64,000 nt of DNA from assembly GCA_030704615.1 (NCBI GenBank), contig CM060731.1, positions 84,692,001 through 84,756,000 of the forward strand. Reading direction: 5' to 3'. Below are positions 1 to 13,000 of this stretch, in pieces (the stretch's first letter is position 1; each line of letters opens with the position of its first letter). The DNA comes from Takakia lepidozioides. Lineage: Eukaryota; Plantae; Bryophyta. The position numbers and the translations under genes are program-made. A model generated the notes under the pieces. That model worked only from the letters and a program-made list of their open reading frames with translations, was not told where the DNA came from and did no database searches.

Positions 1-232
1 CATCCAACATTGTGCAATTACAAATGCTTGTTTCACTTTTACAATTACGAGGACAAAAAAATATCCTCACAAAGTGTGCGCCATAAAGGCTGCCACGGGA
101 AGACCTTCCTCCCTCCTCAATTAACAATGAGAGTTAAGATCATCTTCAAAATGATTGTAGTGCATAGCGACAGCAAGACATGTAGACTTCGAACGGTGCA
201 ATGACAAATGTGCACTACCTAAAAGTTGTCAC

Positions 233-1192
233 TGTCGCGCGGATTTTACTCACCCATCCCTTCGCTATCCGAGGCGGAAACTCCAAGATAGAAGAGTTGG
301 AAATCTCTAAGTACTCAGCCCGCTCAGAACAATCAGTCATGACCTACAGCTAGTGTATCATGGGGGTGTTTCCTATTTGTTTTCCTTTCCGCATTCATGT
401 TAGCTACCTGGCAATTGATAATTAAGTATCAGTTTGCTTCATCAATCTATTGGATTCCATCAACTCATCCATTCATTCCACAGCTTCTCTCAGATCTCTC
501 TACACAGTGTGATTGTATCGTATAAGTATCAGATTATGATTTATCAGGTATCAGACCGAAGCCATTGTGTCTCTAATCTGCTCTACAATATCACTACAGC
601 TTTGCATATCACAAGCATCTACTAATCATCTCTCCTCCTTCACCGTGCTCTCCATCTTTGCTTCCGTTCTTGCTCTCCGCCCGATCCCCTCTCATGCATC
701 ACCAAGTAGTCTCCCCGTGAAGTGTCTTCCTTCAGTCCTTGCTCCTCCTTTTATCTTCTTACCCGTTGTTCTTAACCGCTTCCCTCACTAACCGTCGTCC
801 ATGAACTAACATGTTCCCTTCGCAGTGTGTTGTTCCCCACAGTCGTTCCCTGTCCTGCTATCCTTTCCCTATGGTCGTGACAGCTGTGTCAAGCTGTGAC
901 TGGCTGTGTGAAACTGTGACGGGTTGTGACCGGCTGTGTCGGGCTGTGACTGGCTGTGTGGCTGTGTCGGCTGTGACGGGCTGTGTTGGCTGTGATGGGC
1001 TGTGTCGGGCTGTGTGAAGCTGTGACGGGCTATGTTGGCTGTGACTGGCTGTGTTGGCTGTGACGGGCTGTGTAACCCCCTTCTAAAGTGCGCTGCTGTC
1101 ACCCCTAAGGCTCCTGGTCTCAGTCTATGCAAAAATTAAGGGTACCCTACAGATCCCGTATAAGTGTCTAAGTCCCAGACAGTCCTCTAACA
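233..1192 (-). repeat. 3' LTR of Gypsy element A (960 bp, TG...CA termini, internal GGCTGTGAC-type tandem array ~880-1075)
   Basis: Begins TGTCGCGCGG and ends CCTCTAACA on +. Homologous to 8900-9990, 28591-29561 (inverted) and 32543-33619. Abuts a polypurine tract. Confidence 0.93.
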
Positions 1193-1210
1193 TTACCCCT
1201 TCCCCTCTCA
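1193..1210 (-). promoter_or_regulatory. Polypurine tract of Gypsy A
   Basis: Minus strand TGAGAGGGGAAGGGGTAA immediately before the 3' LTR; same feature at 9991-10008. Confidence 0.85.
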
Positions 1211-1230
1211 AAAAGCCGTGTCCTCACGGT

Positions 1231-4200
1231 TTACTGATTGCGATTAGCAAACCTTTGTGAGTGAGCACCTTTCTGACGTTGAGAGTTTTGTGGCGGACTG
1301 TGTGTTCGAGCCCGAGGTCTATCACTGGTTGACGGAGATGTTTGAACAGTACTCGGATAAGTTAGGCTCTCTGGAGGCTGATATCGAGGTAACCTTTCAG
1401 GCATAGGAGACCCCCATCGCTTCTTCTCTGCCATCTGAATTGCATAGTCTTCTCCCATGTCAAAAGAATCCGCTGAAGAAACAGTTGTATCAGAATCCTC
1501 ATCGCCTCTCAGGTGTTTTAATTGTCGAACTTTTTGTGGAATCCTCTGGGGCATACAATGTTGTCCTACCATGTCTGGAAGTTTATATTTTAAAACTTGC
1601 TGTAAACGCTGAACAGCAAAATTGGTGAAGACACTGAGCTCCTTGTCTGTCCAGGGGAGTGGGGTACCAATTACTTGTGCACCGTGCAAGTATTTCCATG
1701 CCACATGTCCCTTATAGAAAATATCATCAATGCCAAATTTCTGTGTTGACAAATTGTTCCAGGCCGCTTGAAACCATGAACGAATTTGAGAATCCTTTTG
1801 CATCATAACTTTTGCCTCATATAGGTACATATGAGGTGGCACTGAAGGTAAGACCCAATGATCCCCACTGGAATAACTCAGAAAGCGCGATTGCATCTTG
1901 TGCTGCTCAATGTGATAACGTACCAGAAAACAAGCAGCGTAGTATAACCCGCATCCCATGACAATACTTGCTACCTCCTTGGTCTTGGTATAAATGAATC
2001 CATGTACAACTTGGAAGGCAATTAATTCCTTCAACATTGTACTTGCCTCATGCCAGTATTGTGCAAAGTGATGATCCTCAATATGTCGATTGTTCGGAAG
2101 AACTTTAGTCCTAGTTGCCACTGGCAGCCAAATGCGCATGATTTGGTAGTAATGTGCGAATGACTGCGGAGGACTAAATTCTTTCCAAGCCAAATCCAAC
2201 ATGATGGGAATTTGGTTGAAGGGCATAATCATAGCCCTACTGTACTCTCTTGCAGCTGGAGTTTTAGGTGGGTTAAAAGCAGCATTACCCCATACCTCCG
2301 GCTGTGGTGGCTGTGGTATGGTTGTAGTAACAACAGGTTCAGCTACTGGTACAGTGACTTGTTGTGGTGTTGGTGGTACTGGCTCTTGCATCATTGGCAT
2401 CTCCTGCACCTCCTGTGAAGACTGAAAAACCAAAGTTCTGGCTTGCAAATAAGAAGCCCTTAGCTGTTCCTGAGGGATATAGACTCTTTTGTCGATATTT
2501 GAAGTGAGGTCCTCCACTTGAGTCTGCAGTCCATCTACATCCTCCTGTAACTCCGCTATTCTACTATAGACATTGTCTATAGTAGTTGTGGCAATGTTCT
2601 GCACTTGCAGTCTGAGCTCATTCATCTCGCTTTGGGTGAGCTTTCGTGGTGCTTTGCCCTCCACTGGCCCTTGTGCTAACCAGACCTGCATAAGGTGGTT
2701 CACCAAGTTGCTTGTGGTTCCTCTGAGAGTGTGTTCCTCTCTTAGTTTGTACACATCCAATTGCTGTTGTAAAGCCTCCATGCGCTTCGCATGAGGTTCA
2801 ACCAAATTCGCATAGGCAGCAAGTAGATTATTGGCTTCCTTCCAAGCCTTGTTATTTCTATTGGCCATGATCGTTTGTTGCAACTCCACGATGTGCTTCT
2901 CTTGATCAGCTTCAATCTGCCTGTATTGCTTGAAAGTATCCTCATTGCGACAGATTGTATTCTTCATGTCGACAATGAGTTTCATTTGCTCAACATTCTC
3001 TGCTTCTGCCTTCATACTTTTTTCTGCTTGACTGTTTATTTCTTTTGTAGTTTGGTCAAGCATAGTTGTGAGTGTAGCACATTGTATGGCCATCCTGTCA
3101 TGCACTGTCTGCAACTCCGTATGTTTTGCATTCACTTCTTGCAACTTGCTTTCATGCTGCACCTACATTTGGTATAGCTATTGCTTATGTGCTTCGTGCA
3201 ACTGGTCTTGCGCGAGGCCTGCCTCAATCAATTGTTCCTTGGCCAATTGCAAAGCCGCTTCTGTATTCTCCAAGTCTTGCTGCATATTGAGAGTGACCTC
3301 CTCATCGACCTTGTTTGCACACTCAGTGGCTAGTTGAGCCTCAAACTCCTTCCTGAGTTCCTCTCTCAAGGCTGTCAATTGGGTAGTTGGAACATGGGAT
3401 TTGACATAAGTCCCCAACAAATTAAGTGTCCTGCCTATGGAACTCATCAGCATTGCCTGTTGAGGGTCATCATGGTGAGGTTGCTGCTGTTCCTCCTGAT
3501 CCTCAACCGTGTGATGTCTCACAAACCACTCAGGGCATTGTCCCACCGGATTTTCTTCCTGAATTACTTCATCCATCACCGGTGCTGCAGTGTCTTGACA
3601 TTCTACCTGTGGTACCTCCGACACAGGTGTGTGTATTATATGCACCTCAGGATTTCCCTTGGGCAACTGTTGCACCTCTGGAATCTCTGTCTCCTTGACC
3701 AGACCAGAATATTCATAGAGAAGGTCCCCCTTCTCAATTTCTGCCACTATCTGTTCTGTAGTTGGAATATCTAACCCTTCTTTTTCCAAATCAATTATTT
3801 CTGGTTGAGCTGCATGGACAACTCGTAACCTTGTAACAAGCCGATCATCTGGCTGTGATGGCTGTGATACTGAAGTAACTTCCTCTTCCCTCTCTGAAGG
3901 TCCTGCTTCCAGTAATAGCAGTTCTCTGTGCTGTTGTGCCCCTTCCTGCACATGAGCTTGAGAAACATTATCATGCGGAATCCGTGAAGCCAGTGGATCC
4001 GCCACTACAGTCTTTCCCCGTCTCTGCCTCTTAATCTCGGGCTGCCCTGCTAGTCCACCCTCACTGTGTGAAGAGCCTTGCTCTTCCATTGCAGTGGTTT
4101 CTGGCTCAAACACTCCCATCTCCTTTCTTTCTTGCGCATCAAGTATGCCAAAATCAAGAATTATTTGAGCAATGATTGGGCCAGACACTATGATAGGAGA

Positions 4201-5181
4201 CTTTGCGGCAGTACCCTGTAATCTTTTCATCTCCTCTACCAGTGCATTGTACATTATGTCCGCCCATTCTACCTCTTCTCCTCTCAGGGCTTTGAGTATT
4301 TCCTCTGTGAAGGATCTGCTCAAATACTATTGGTTCTGTTTCATGGCAAACAGAACGTTCAATACCTGGCCTACCTCCTTAAGCCCTGGGTACACGGCCT
4401 TGGTACAAGCATAACCCTGAGTTTTAAAGAAACTCCCTTCTTGGAATAAGTCCCCTATTTGCAGTCTTGCCCTGTGCTCCTCCACATGCACCTGGCCTGC
4501 TGGCAATCGAAACAATTGCTGTAGGTATAGGGGAGTAATTACTAATTCAACTCCCTTCACCGTTGTTGCTCCTGTCCTTGGCTCAAAGTTCTGTAAGAAT
4601 TGTAACATGTACTGTCTATGGTGCAATGTCCAATCTTTGCTTTGCAATCCTTGCAATCTCAGCTCCTTCAGTATCCGCATCGCCTGTGGGGTAGCAATTG
4701 TTTGTTTCTGCAGAATTGTGGTGCTCTTCACCCTGATTTCCTCCATTCCTCTCACTCTCTTCATTCTAGACCCACAGAACTGTTTTGGCTGTAACAATTG
4801 AAGAAATGCCTGTAGTGCACAAAGCATAAACGTATGGTTGCCACAAAAAGCTATGGATAATTTCTTGTAAGCCTGTGGAGCTTGCAAGCATCGATCAAGA
4901 GAAAAGCTCCGCTCTGTTCTTTCGTGTCTATGCCACTGCGTAAGTAATATTGCGAGCGTATAGTCTGTTAGTTCCTCCATAGTTTCCAATCTATAGCATT
5001 GATGGTCTGTCCCGTCGAGACGCCCGTTACTCAGAACGACGCCGCCTCTTGCGCTTAATTTCCCTCCAATTTCTTGATCCTTTCTCTGGCTTTCTATTGG
5101 CTGTAACCGCTGTGACTGGATTTTAGATTTCATTTTCTTTAGTGGACTTTCCCTGCTGGATAGTCCACTAGGATCACACAT
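1231..5181 (-). pseudogene. 3' extra ORF of Gypsy A, broken by two in-frame stops
   Basis: ORFs 4327-5181, 3178-4323 and 1231-3162 are in one frame and collinear with the intact 1278-aa ORF at 10029-13865. Both stops are TAG where element B has CAG. Confidence 0.9.
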
Positions 5182-5193
5182 GTGAGAAGAATT

Positions 5194-8100
5194 TCACTTT
5201 TCTGTACTTGTTGTTTGTTCCGTTCCCCTTTTTCCGTATTCATTAATGGGCCCGCCATTCATCCGAATTGACGCGCTAAGTAGGTACTTTGACGGCCATC
5301 TTTGTCCTCTTTCTTGATGACACATGTTCTTGCACTTCCTTCTCAGCTGTGTGTCGCGCCCTGAATTCCACGTGTCTATTTTTAAACTGGTTTCCGTCCT
5401 TTCTTTCGTCGGCCATTTTCCTGAAGTTATTGGGCGTCCACCTGTCACTGATTCTATGGATCGTGTAACCCTAGTAGGCTGTGTTGAGCTGTGATAGGCT
5501 GTGTCATACTGTGGTACGCTGTGATAGGCTGTGACACGCGGTGGTAGGTTGTGATAGGCTGTGTTGCGCCGTGCTGGGCTATGATAGGCTGTGTCACGTT
5601 GTGATGGGCTGTGATAGGCTGTGTCACGTCGTGATGGACTGTGATAGGCTGTGTTTCGCCTTGATGGGCTGTGATAGGCTGTGTCACGTCGTGATGGACT
5701 GTGATAGGCTGTGTTTTGCCTTGATGGGCTGTGATAGGCTGTGTCACGCTTGTTCTGCCCGCCCTGGTCATATATGCTTGGCCTAGCGACAAGTGCTCCA
5801 TACTCCGTTGGTAACACTGGCGCAGCCCGTGACTGCTCTTGCGTTTCAACATGCAAATCATGTTGCAATGGTTTGTCATGGATACCACTGTATCCCTTTA
5901 ACTTATTGGCATTGACTCTTCCCAGCATTTCTTTGTTAATGGTTTATAACATGGCGGTGTTGTTATCATACATCTTTTGTATGACATAAGGTCCTTTCCA
6001 TGGTGATTTAAGCTTAGAAGCTTTAATTTTTCCCTTCTTCTGCAACCATAGAACCAAATCTCCCGTCTTAAAAGTTTTTAACTTGTTTTCGTCAAACTAT
6101 TCCTTCCTCTTCATCTGAATTCTGGTCATATTATCAGCTGCATCAGCACGTACTTCTTCCACATGGTATAATTCATGTTTCCTGACCTTAATGGAATCTT
6201 GCAATTCCATTCTCTTTCCCCACTCCGTTCTCAGGGTAGGTAACAGGAATTCCACTGGAAGTAAAGCTTCCATACCATAAACTAATTGGAATGGTGTATA
6301 CTTAGTGGTGACTTTATATGAAGTCCTGTATGACCACAAAGCTGTCAGCAGCTTTGTATCCCAATCCGTTCTGTTTGCATTGACTATCTTAGCCAAGATA
6401 GTACATAGTATTTTGTTGGTAGCCTCTGCCTGTCCATTACCCTGTGGGTAATATGTTGTACTCTTCCTATGCACAATCATGAATTCTTTAGTCAATAATT
6501 CAATGGTCTCATTTATGAAGTGACTTCCCTGATCACTGATAAATTCTAAGGGACAGCCAAATCGTGTAAGTATGTTCTCATACAGGAACCTTGCTGTAGA
6601 CTTGGCTGTGTTGTCCCTCAAAGCTTTAGCTTCCACCCACTTCGTAGTATAATCAGTGGCTGTAATTATGTACATGTTCCGTGTAGTCTTGGCTGTGGGT
6701 TAATCGGTCCAACAAAGTCTAGTCCCCATTTTCTGAAATGGTTCCGTAGGCATTGTAGGATGCAAGGCCATCCTTCCAGATCTCTGCAAAGGTCCTAGCC
6801 TCTGACATTCATCACAACTCTGACAATACTCGTGTACATCTTTGAACAAAGTAGGTCACCAGTAACCTGCGAGTAGTATCTTCATACTGGTAGTCTCTTC
6901 TCCAAAATGACCTCCAGCCACTCTTCCAAAACTTTATTTACTTCATGGTGGTACAAGCATCGTTTTAGTACTCCATCAGGTCCTAGCTTATACATTCTGC
7001 TTCCTACCATAGTATAAGGTAAAGCTTTGATAGCGATTCTCTTCCTCTGCTCCTTACCATAACTAGGTGGGCATTGACCATGAGTAAGGTAGTATCTGAT
7101 TGGCCACTGCCAATCTAACCATTCATCTGCACTTCCTTGCACCTCCATTATAAATAAACTCGCATCAGGTAACTGATCGTCCACTCCTGTGGCGGCCTCT
7201 CCTGTTGTTAGTCGTGACAATGATCTGCTACAAGATGCAAATGGCCAGGCTTGTAAATAACCTCGAACTCAAACTCATGCAAGATTATTAACCACCTCGC
7301 TATCCTTCCACTTATCAAAGGTTTGTTCACCAGATATATCAGAGCCTGGTGATCCACATAAAACATAAACTTTCTTCCCAATAGGTAATGCCTGAATTTC
7401 TTGACTGCATAAATCATTGCCAGTGCTTCTCTTTCAGTTGTGCTATAGTTCCTTTCAGCACTGTTCATCAACCTGCTAGCATAGTACACAGGTGAATCTA
7501 TATTTCCTGTAACATTCTGGGCTAACACCGCTCCAACGCTTCTCCTGATGCATCGCAGTGAACATGAAATACTACATGCCAGTGAGGATTAATCAGCACA
7601 GGTGTAGTTGTTACTGACAGTGTAAGTTCCTCAAATGCCTTTTGACATTCAGCTGTCCAGGCAAACACTGCATCTTTCTTCAGAAGCTTGCTCAATGGGT
7701 GCTACTATTTGTGCATACCTTTTGACAAATCTTCTGTAATAACTGGTTTGCCCAAGGATCTCCTTAAACTCTTAACATTCACTGGTGGTGGAGAGGCTTT
7801 AATGGACTCTGTCTTCCTGGGATCCACAGAAGTCCCTTCTTACACACAATGTGTCCCAGAAGCACCCCTGAATTCACACAGAAAGTACACTTCTCTGGAT
7901 TCAAGCCCAGACCTCTCATCCTGCATCTGGCCAGACATAACTCCAATTTATGCAAGTGCTCACTCTTAGAGCTGTACACACTGAAATCATCCAAGAACAC
8001 TTGCATGAAATCAACCAGATACTCATGAAAAGATTCACTTATTACTCTCTGAAAGGTTGCTGGTGCATTACAAAGTCCAAAGGGCATGACTTTGTATGCA

Positions 8101-8894
8101 TAAGCACCCCGTCTGTGATGAAGCTATCTTTCCTTGATCTTCTTCTGCCACTTGTACTTGATTATAACCACTGAACCCATCCATGAATGAGTACATCTCA
8201 TGGCCTGCACAGTGTCCAATACTGCTTCTGTGAATGGCAAAGGGAAAGGATCTTTCTTCGTACAAGCATACAGCTTCTTGTAGTTCACACATACTCTTAG
8301 TTTACCATTCTTCTTGGGAACTATAACAATGGGTGACAACCAAGTTGTATACTCTATTGGGTATATAAACTTAGCCTCAGCCAACTTCTTAATCTTTCTC
8401 CCAACCTCTGTGTGTAGTTGGGATTCATTCTGTACCGCCTGCTTGATTGGTACTGACCCTGGTTCCAGTTCAATCTTATGCTGACAGACTTCAGGTGGTA
8501 TCCCTTTTAGATCCTCATAGCTCAAGCAAATACATCTCTGTATTTGATGAACAAGCTTTTAGCTTCTTCAAAGAATTTCCGGCTCCAAATCAGCTCCTAC
8601 TGTCACCATCCCTCCGGTTCTTCTTTAGTTCCCACATTCACTTCCCTCACTTGCTCATCAGCTGTGATTGTCCAACCAGTCACCACTTCATCTTGTAAGC
8701 TCATAGTGGCTGGTTCCTCTAGGATTTCCATTTCGCTTTCTCTTCTCTTCCTCATAGAAATGTGATGGGTAACTGCTGGTTTCCTCTTCAGTTGGTGTTG
8801 CTGGTCACTACACCACAGCAGATACCTCTTAAAAAACAACTAGGCTTTCAGCCGCATCTCTCTGCAACCTGCTCCCACTCTGGGTGTACGCAAT
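5194..8894 (-). pseudogene. pol: pol (RT-RNaseH-integrase) of Gypsy A, frameshifted
   Basis: Fragments MPFGLCNAPATFQR, VFLDDF, EREALAMIYA, DYTTKWVEA and YYPQGNGQAE, with many indels. Confidence 0.92.
5475..5750. repeat. 30-bp tandem repeat (GTGATAGGCTGTGTCACG...) at the 3' end of pol; second copy 14255-14500
   Basis: Directly visible; translated as TAYHSPSRRD-type repeats. Confidence 0.9.
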
Positions 8895-8899
8895 GGTAG

Positions 8900-9990
8900 T
8901 GTCGCGCGGCTTTTACTCACCCATCCCTTCGCTATCCGAGGCGGAAACTCCAAGATAGAAGAGTTGGAAATCTCTAAGTACTCAGCCCGCGCAGAACAAT
9001 CAGTCATGACCTACAGCTAGTGTATCATGGGGGTGTTTCCTATTTGTTTCCCTTTTCGCATTCATCTTAGCTACCTTACCATTGATAATTAAATATCAGT
9101 TTGCTTCATCAATCTATCGGTTTCCTTCACTCATCCATTCAATCCACAGCTTCACTCAGATCTCTCTACACAGTGTGGTTGTATCGTATAAGTATCAGAT
9201 TATGATTTATCAGGTATCAGGCCGAAGCCATTATGTCTCTAATCTGCTCTACAATATCACTACAGCTTGCATATAACAAGCATCTACTAATCCTCTTTCC
9301 TCCTTCATCGTGCTCTCCATCCTTTTCTTCCGATCTCCGCTCCCGCCTGACTAAGAAGTCCTCCTCGAATAATGATCCCCCTCCATTCCCCGTTTTTCCC
9401 TTTATCTTCCTATCCACAGTTCTAACCGTTTCCCTCACTAACCGTCGTCTGTGAACTAACATGTTCCCTTCGCAGGTGTTGTTCCCCACAGTCGTTCCCT
9501 GTCCTACTCTTCGTTCCCTATGATCGTGACAGCTGTGTCAAGCTGTGACTGGCTGTGTGAAACTGTGACGGGCTGTGACTGGCTGTGCGACTGTGTTTGC
9601 TGTGTCGGGCTGTGACTGGCTGTGTGGCTGTGTCGGCTGTGTCGGCTGTGTTGGCTGTGACGACTGTGACGGGCTGTGTTGGCTGTGTGGACTGGGACGC
9701 TGTGTTGGCTGTGACGACTGTGACGGGCTGTGTTGGCTGTGTGGACTGACGGCTGTGTTGGCTGTGACGACTGTGACGGGCTGTGTTGGCTGTGTGGACT
9801 GCGACGGCTGTGTTGGCTGTGACGACTGTGACGGGCTGTGTTGGCTGTGTGGACTGTGACGGCTGTGTAACCCCCCTCTACAGTGCGCTGCTGTCACCCC
9901 TAAGGCTCCTGTTGGTCTCAGTCTGTGCAAAATTTAAGGGTACCCTACAGATCCCGTATAAGTGTCTAAGTCCCCTACAGTCCTCTAACA
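8900..9990 (-). repeat. 3' LTR of Gypsy B with expanded GGCTGTGACGACTGTGACG array (~9530-9870)
   Basis: TG...CA termini, adjacent PPT and TSD. Confidence 0.93.
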
Positions 9991-10028
9991 TTACCCCTTC
10001 CCCCCTCAAAAAGCCGTGTCCTCACGGT

Positions 10029-13000
10029 TTACTGTTTCCGAGTAGCAAACCTTTGTGAATGAGCACCTTGTTGACGTTGAGAGTTTCGTGGCGGACTGTG
10101 TGTACGAGCCCGAGGTCTGTCTCTGGTTGACGGAGATGGTTGATCACTACCTGGATAATTGAGGCCCTCTGGAGGCTGATATCGAGGTAACCTTTCCGGC
10201 ATAGGAGACCCCCGTTGCTTCTTTTCTGCCATCTGAATTGCATAGTCTTCTCCCATGTCAAAAGAATTCTGTGAAGAAACAGTTGTATCAGAATCCTCAT
10301 CACCTCTCAGATGTTTTAATTTTCGAACCTTTTGTGGAATCATCTGGGGCATACAATGCTGTCCTACCATGTCTGGAAGTTTGCATTTTACAACTTGGTG
10401 TAACCGCTGAACAGCAAAATTGGTGTAGACACTGAGCTCCTTGTCTGTCCAGGTGAGTGGGGTACCAATTACTGGTGCAGCGTGCAAGTACTTCCATGCC
10501 ACATGTCCCTTATAGAAAATGTCATCAAGTCCGAATTTCTGTGTTGACAAATGGTTGCAGGCTGCTTGAAACCATGAACGAATTTGAGAATCCTTCTGCA
10601 TCATAACTTTTGGGTCATATAGGTACATATGAGGTGGCACCGAAGGTAATACCCAATGATCTCCACTGGAGTAACTTTGAAAGCGTGTTTGCATCTTTTG
10701 TTGCTCAATGTGGTAACGTACCAGAAAACAAGCAGCGTAGTATAGCCCGCACCCCATGACAATACTTGCTATCTCCTTGGTCTTGGTATAAATGAGTCCA
10801 TGTACAACCTGGAAAGCAACCAATTCCCTCAACATGGTACCTGCCTCGTGCCAGTATTGTGCAAAGTGATGATCTTCAATATGTCGATTGTTTGGAAGAA
10901 CTTTAGTCCTAGTTGCCACTGGCAGCCAAATACGCATGATTTGGTAGTAATGTGCGAATGACTGCGGAGGACTAAATTCTTTCCAAGCCAAATCCAACAT
11001 GATGGGAATTTGGTTGAAGGGCATAAGCATAGCCCTGCTGTACTCCCTTGCAGCTGGAGTTTTAGGTGGGTTAAAAGCGGCATTGCCCCATACCTCCGGC
11101 TGTGGTGGCTGTGGTGTGGTTGTAGTAACCACAGGTTCAGCTACTGGTACACTGACCTGTTGTGGTGGTGGTGGTACTGGCTCTTGTATCATTGGCATCT
11201 CCTGCACCTCCTGTGAAGACTGAAAAGCCAAAGTTCTGGCTTGTAAATAAGAAGCCATTAGCTGTTCCTGAGGGATATAGACTCTTTGGTCGATGTTTGA
11301 AGTGAGGTCTTCCACTTGAGTCTGGAGTCCGTCTACATCCTCTTGTAACTCTGCTATCCTACTATAGACATTGTCTATAGTAGTTGTGGCAATGTTCTGC
11401 ACCTGCAGCCTGAGCTCATTCATCTCGCTTTGGGTGAGCTTCCGTGGGGCTTTGCCCTCTACTGGCCCTTGTGCTAACCAGACCTGCATAAGGCTGTTAT
11501 CCACCAAGCTGCTTGTGGTTCCCCTGAGAGTTTGCTCCTCTCTTAGCTTGTACAATTCCAACTGCTGTTGTAAAGCCTCCATGCGCTTCGCCTGTGGCTC
11601 AACCAATTGCGCATAAGCAGCAAGTAGATTATTGGCTTCCTTCCAAGCCTTGTTACTGACCGCGATTTCATTTCTATTGGCCACGATGGTTTGTTGCAAC
11701 TCCACGATGTGTTTCTCTTGATCAGCTTCCATCTGCCTGTATTGCTTGAAAGTATCTTCATTGCGACAGATTGTATTCTTCATATCGACAATGAGCTTCA
11801 TTTGCTCAACATTCTCTTCTTCTGCCTTCGTACATTTTTCCGCTTGACTGTTTATTTCTTTTGTTGATTGGTCAAGCATAGTTGTAAATGTAGCACATTG
11901 TATCGCCATCCTGTTATGCACTGTCTGCAACTCCGTATGTAGTGCATTCAGTTCTTGCAACTTGCTTTCATGCTGCACCTGCATTTGGTATAGCTGTTGC
12001 TTATGTGCTTCGTGCAACTGGTCTTGCGCGAGGCCTGCCTCAATCAATTGTTGCTTGGCCAATTGCAAAGCCATTTCTGTATTGCCCAAGTCCTGCTTCA
12101 TCTTGAGAGTGACCTCTTCATCGACCTTGTTTGCACACTCAGTGGCAAGTCGAGCCTCAAACTCCTTCCTGAGTTCCTCTTTCAAGGCTGTCAATTGGGT
12201 AATTGGAACATGGGATTTGACATAAGTCCCCAACAAATTAAGTGTCCTGCCTATGGAACTCATCAGCATTGCCTGTTGAGGGTCATCATGGTGAGGTTGC
12301 TGCTGTTCCTCCTGATCTTCAACAGTATGATGTCTCACTAACCATTCAGGCCATTGTCCCACCGGATTTTCTTCCTGAACTACTTCATCTATCACCGGTG
12401 CTACAGTGTCATGACCTTCCGCCTGTGGTACCTCCGACACAGGTGTGTGTATTATATGCACCTCAGGATTTCCCTTGGGCAACTGTTGCACCTCTGGGAT
12501 TTCTGTCTCCTTGACCAGACCAGAATATTCATAGAGAAGGTCCCCTTTCTCTATTTCTGCCACTATCTGTTCTGTAGTTGGAATATCTATCCCTTCACTT
12601 TCCAAATCAATTATTTCGGGTTGAGCTGCATGGATAACTTGTGACCTTGTGACAAGTCGTTCAAGTGGCTGTGATGCAGAAGTAACTTCCTCCTCCCTCT
12701 CTGAAGGTCCTGCTTCCAGTAATAGCATTTGTCTGTGCTGCTGTGCCCCTTCCTGGCCATGAGCTTGGGAAACATTATCATGCGGAATCCGTGAAGCCAG
12801 TGGATCCGCCACTACAGTCTTTCCCCTTCTCTGCCTCTTAGTCTCGGGTTGTGCTGCTAGTCCACCCTCACTGTGTGAAGAGCCTTGCTCTTCCATTGCA
12901 GTTGTTTCTGGCTCAAACACTCCCATTTCCTTCCTTTCTTGTGCATTAAGTATGCCAGAATTAAGGATTATTTGAGCAATGATTGGGCCAGACACAATGA

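Larger units (their letters stand above)
233..8899 (-). mobile_element. Ty3/Gypsy LTR retrotransposon A, 3' part (interrupted by nested element B; resumes at 33620)
   Basis: LTR, PPT, extra ORF and degenerate pol. The sequence at ~8890 joins that at 33625 across TSD GGTAG. Confidence 0.9.

Noticed and set aside
1-232. Flank left of Gypsy A, and the short segment 59862-59958
   Set aside because: Too short to assign; no recognisable motif.
811-1132. Cys-rich metallothionein-like ORFs in the LTRs (also 9575-9859 and 33131-33564)
   Set aside because: Translations of the GGCTGTGAC tandem array.
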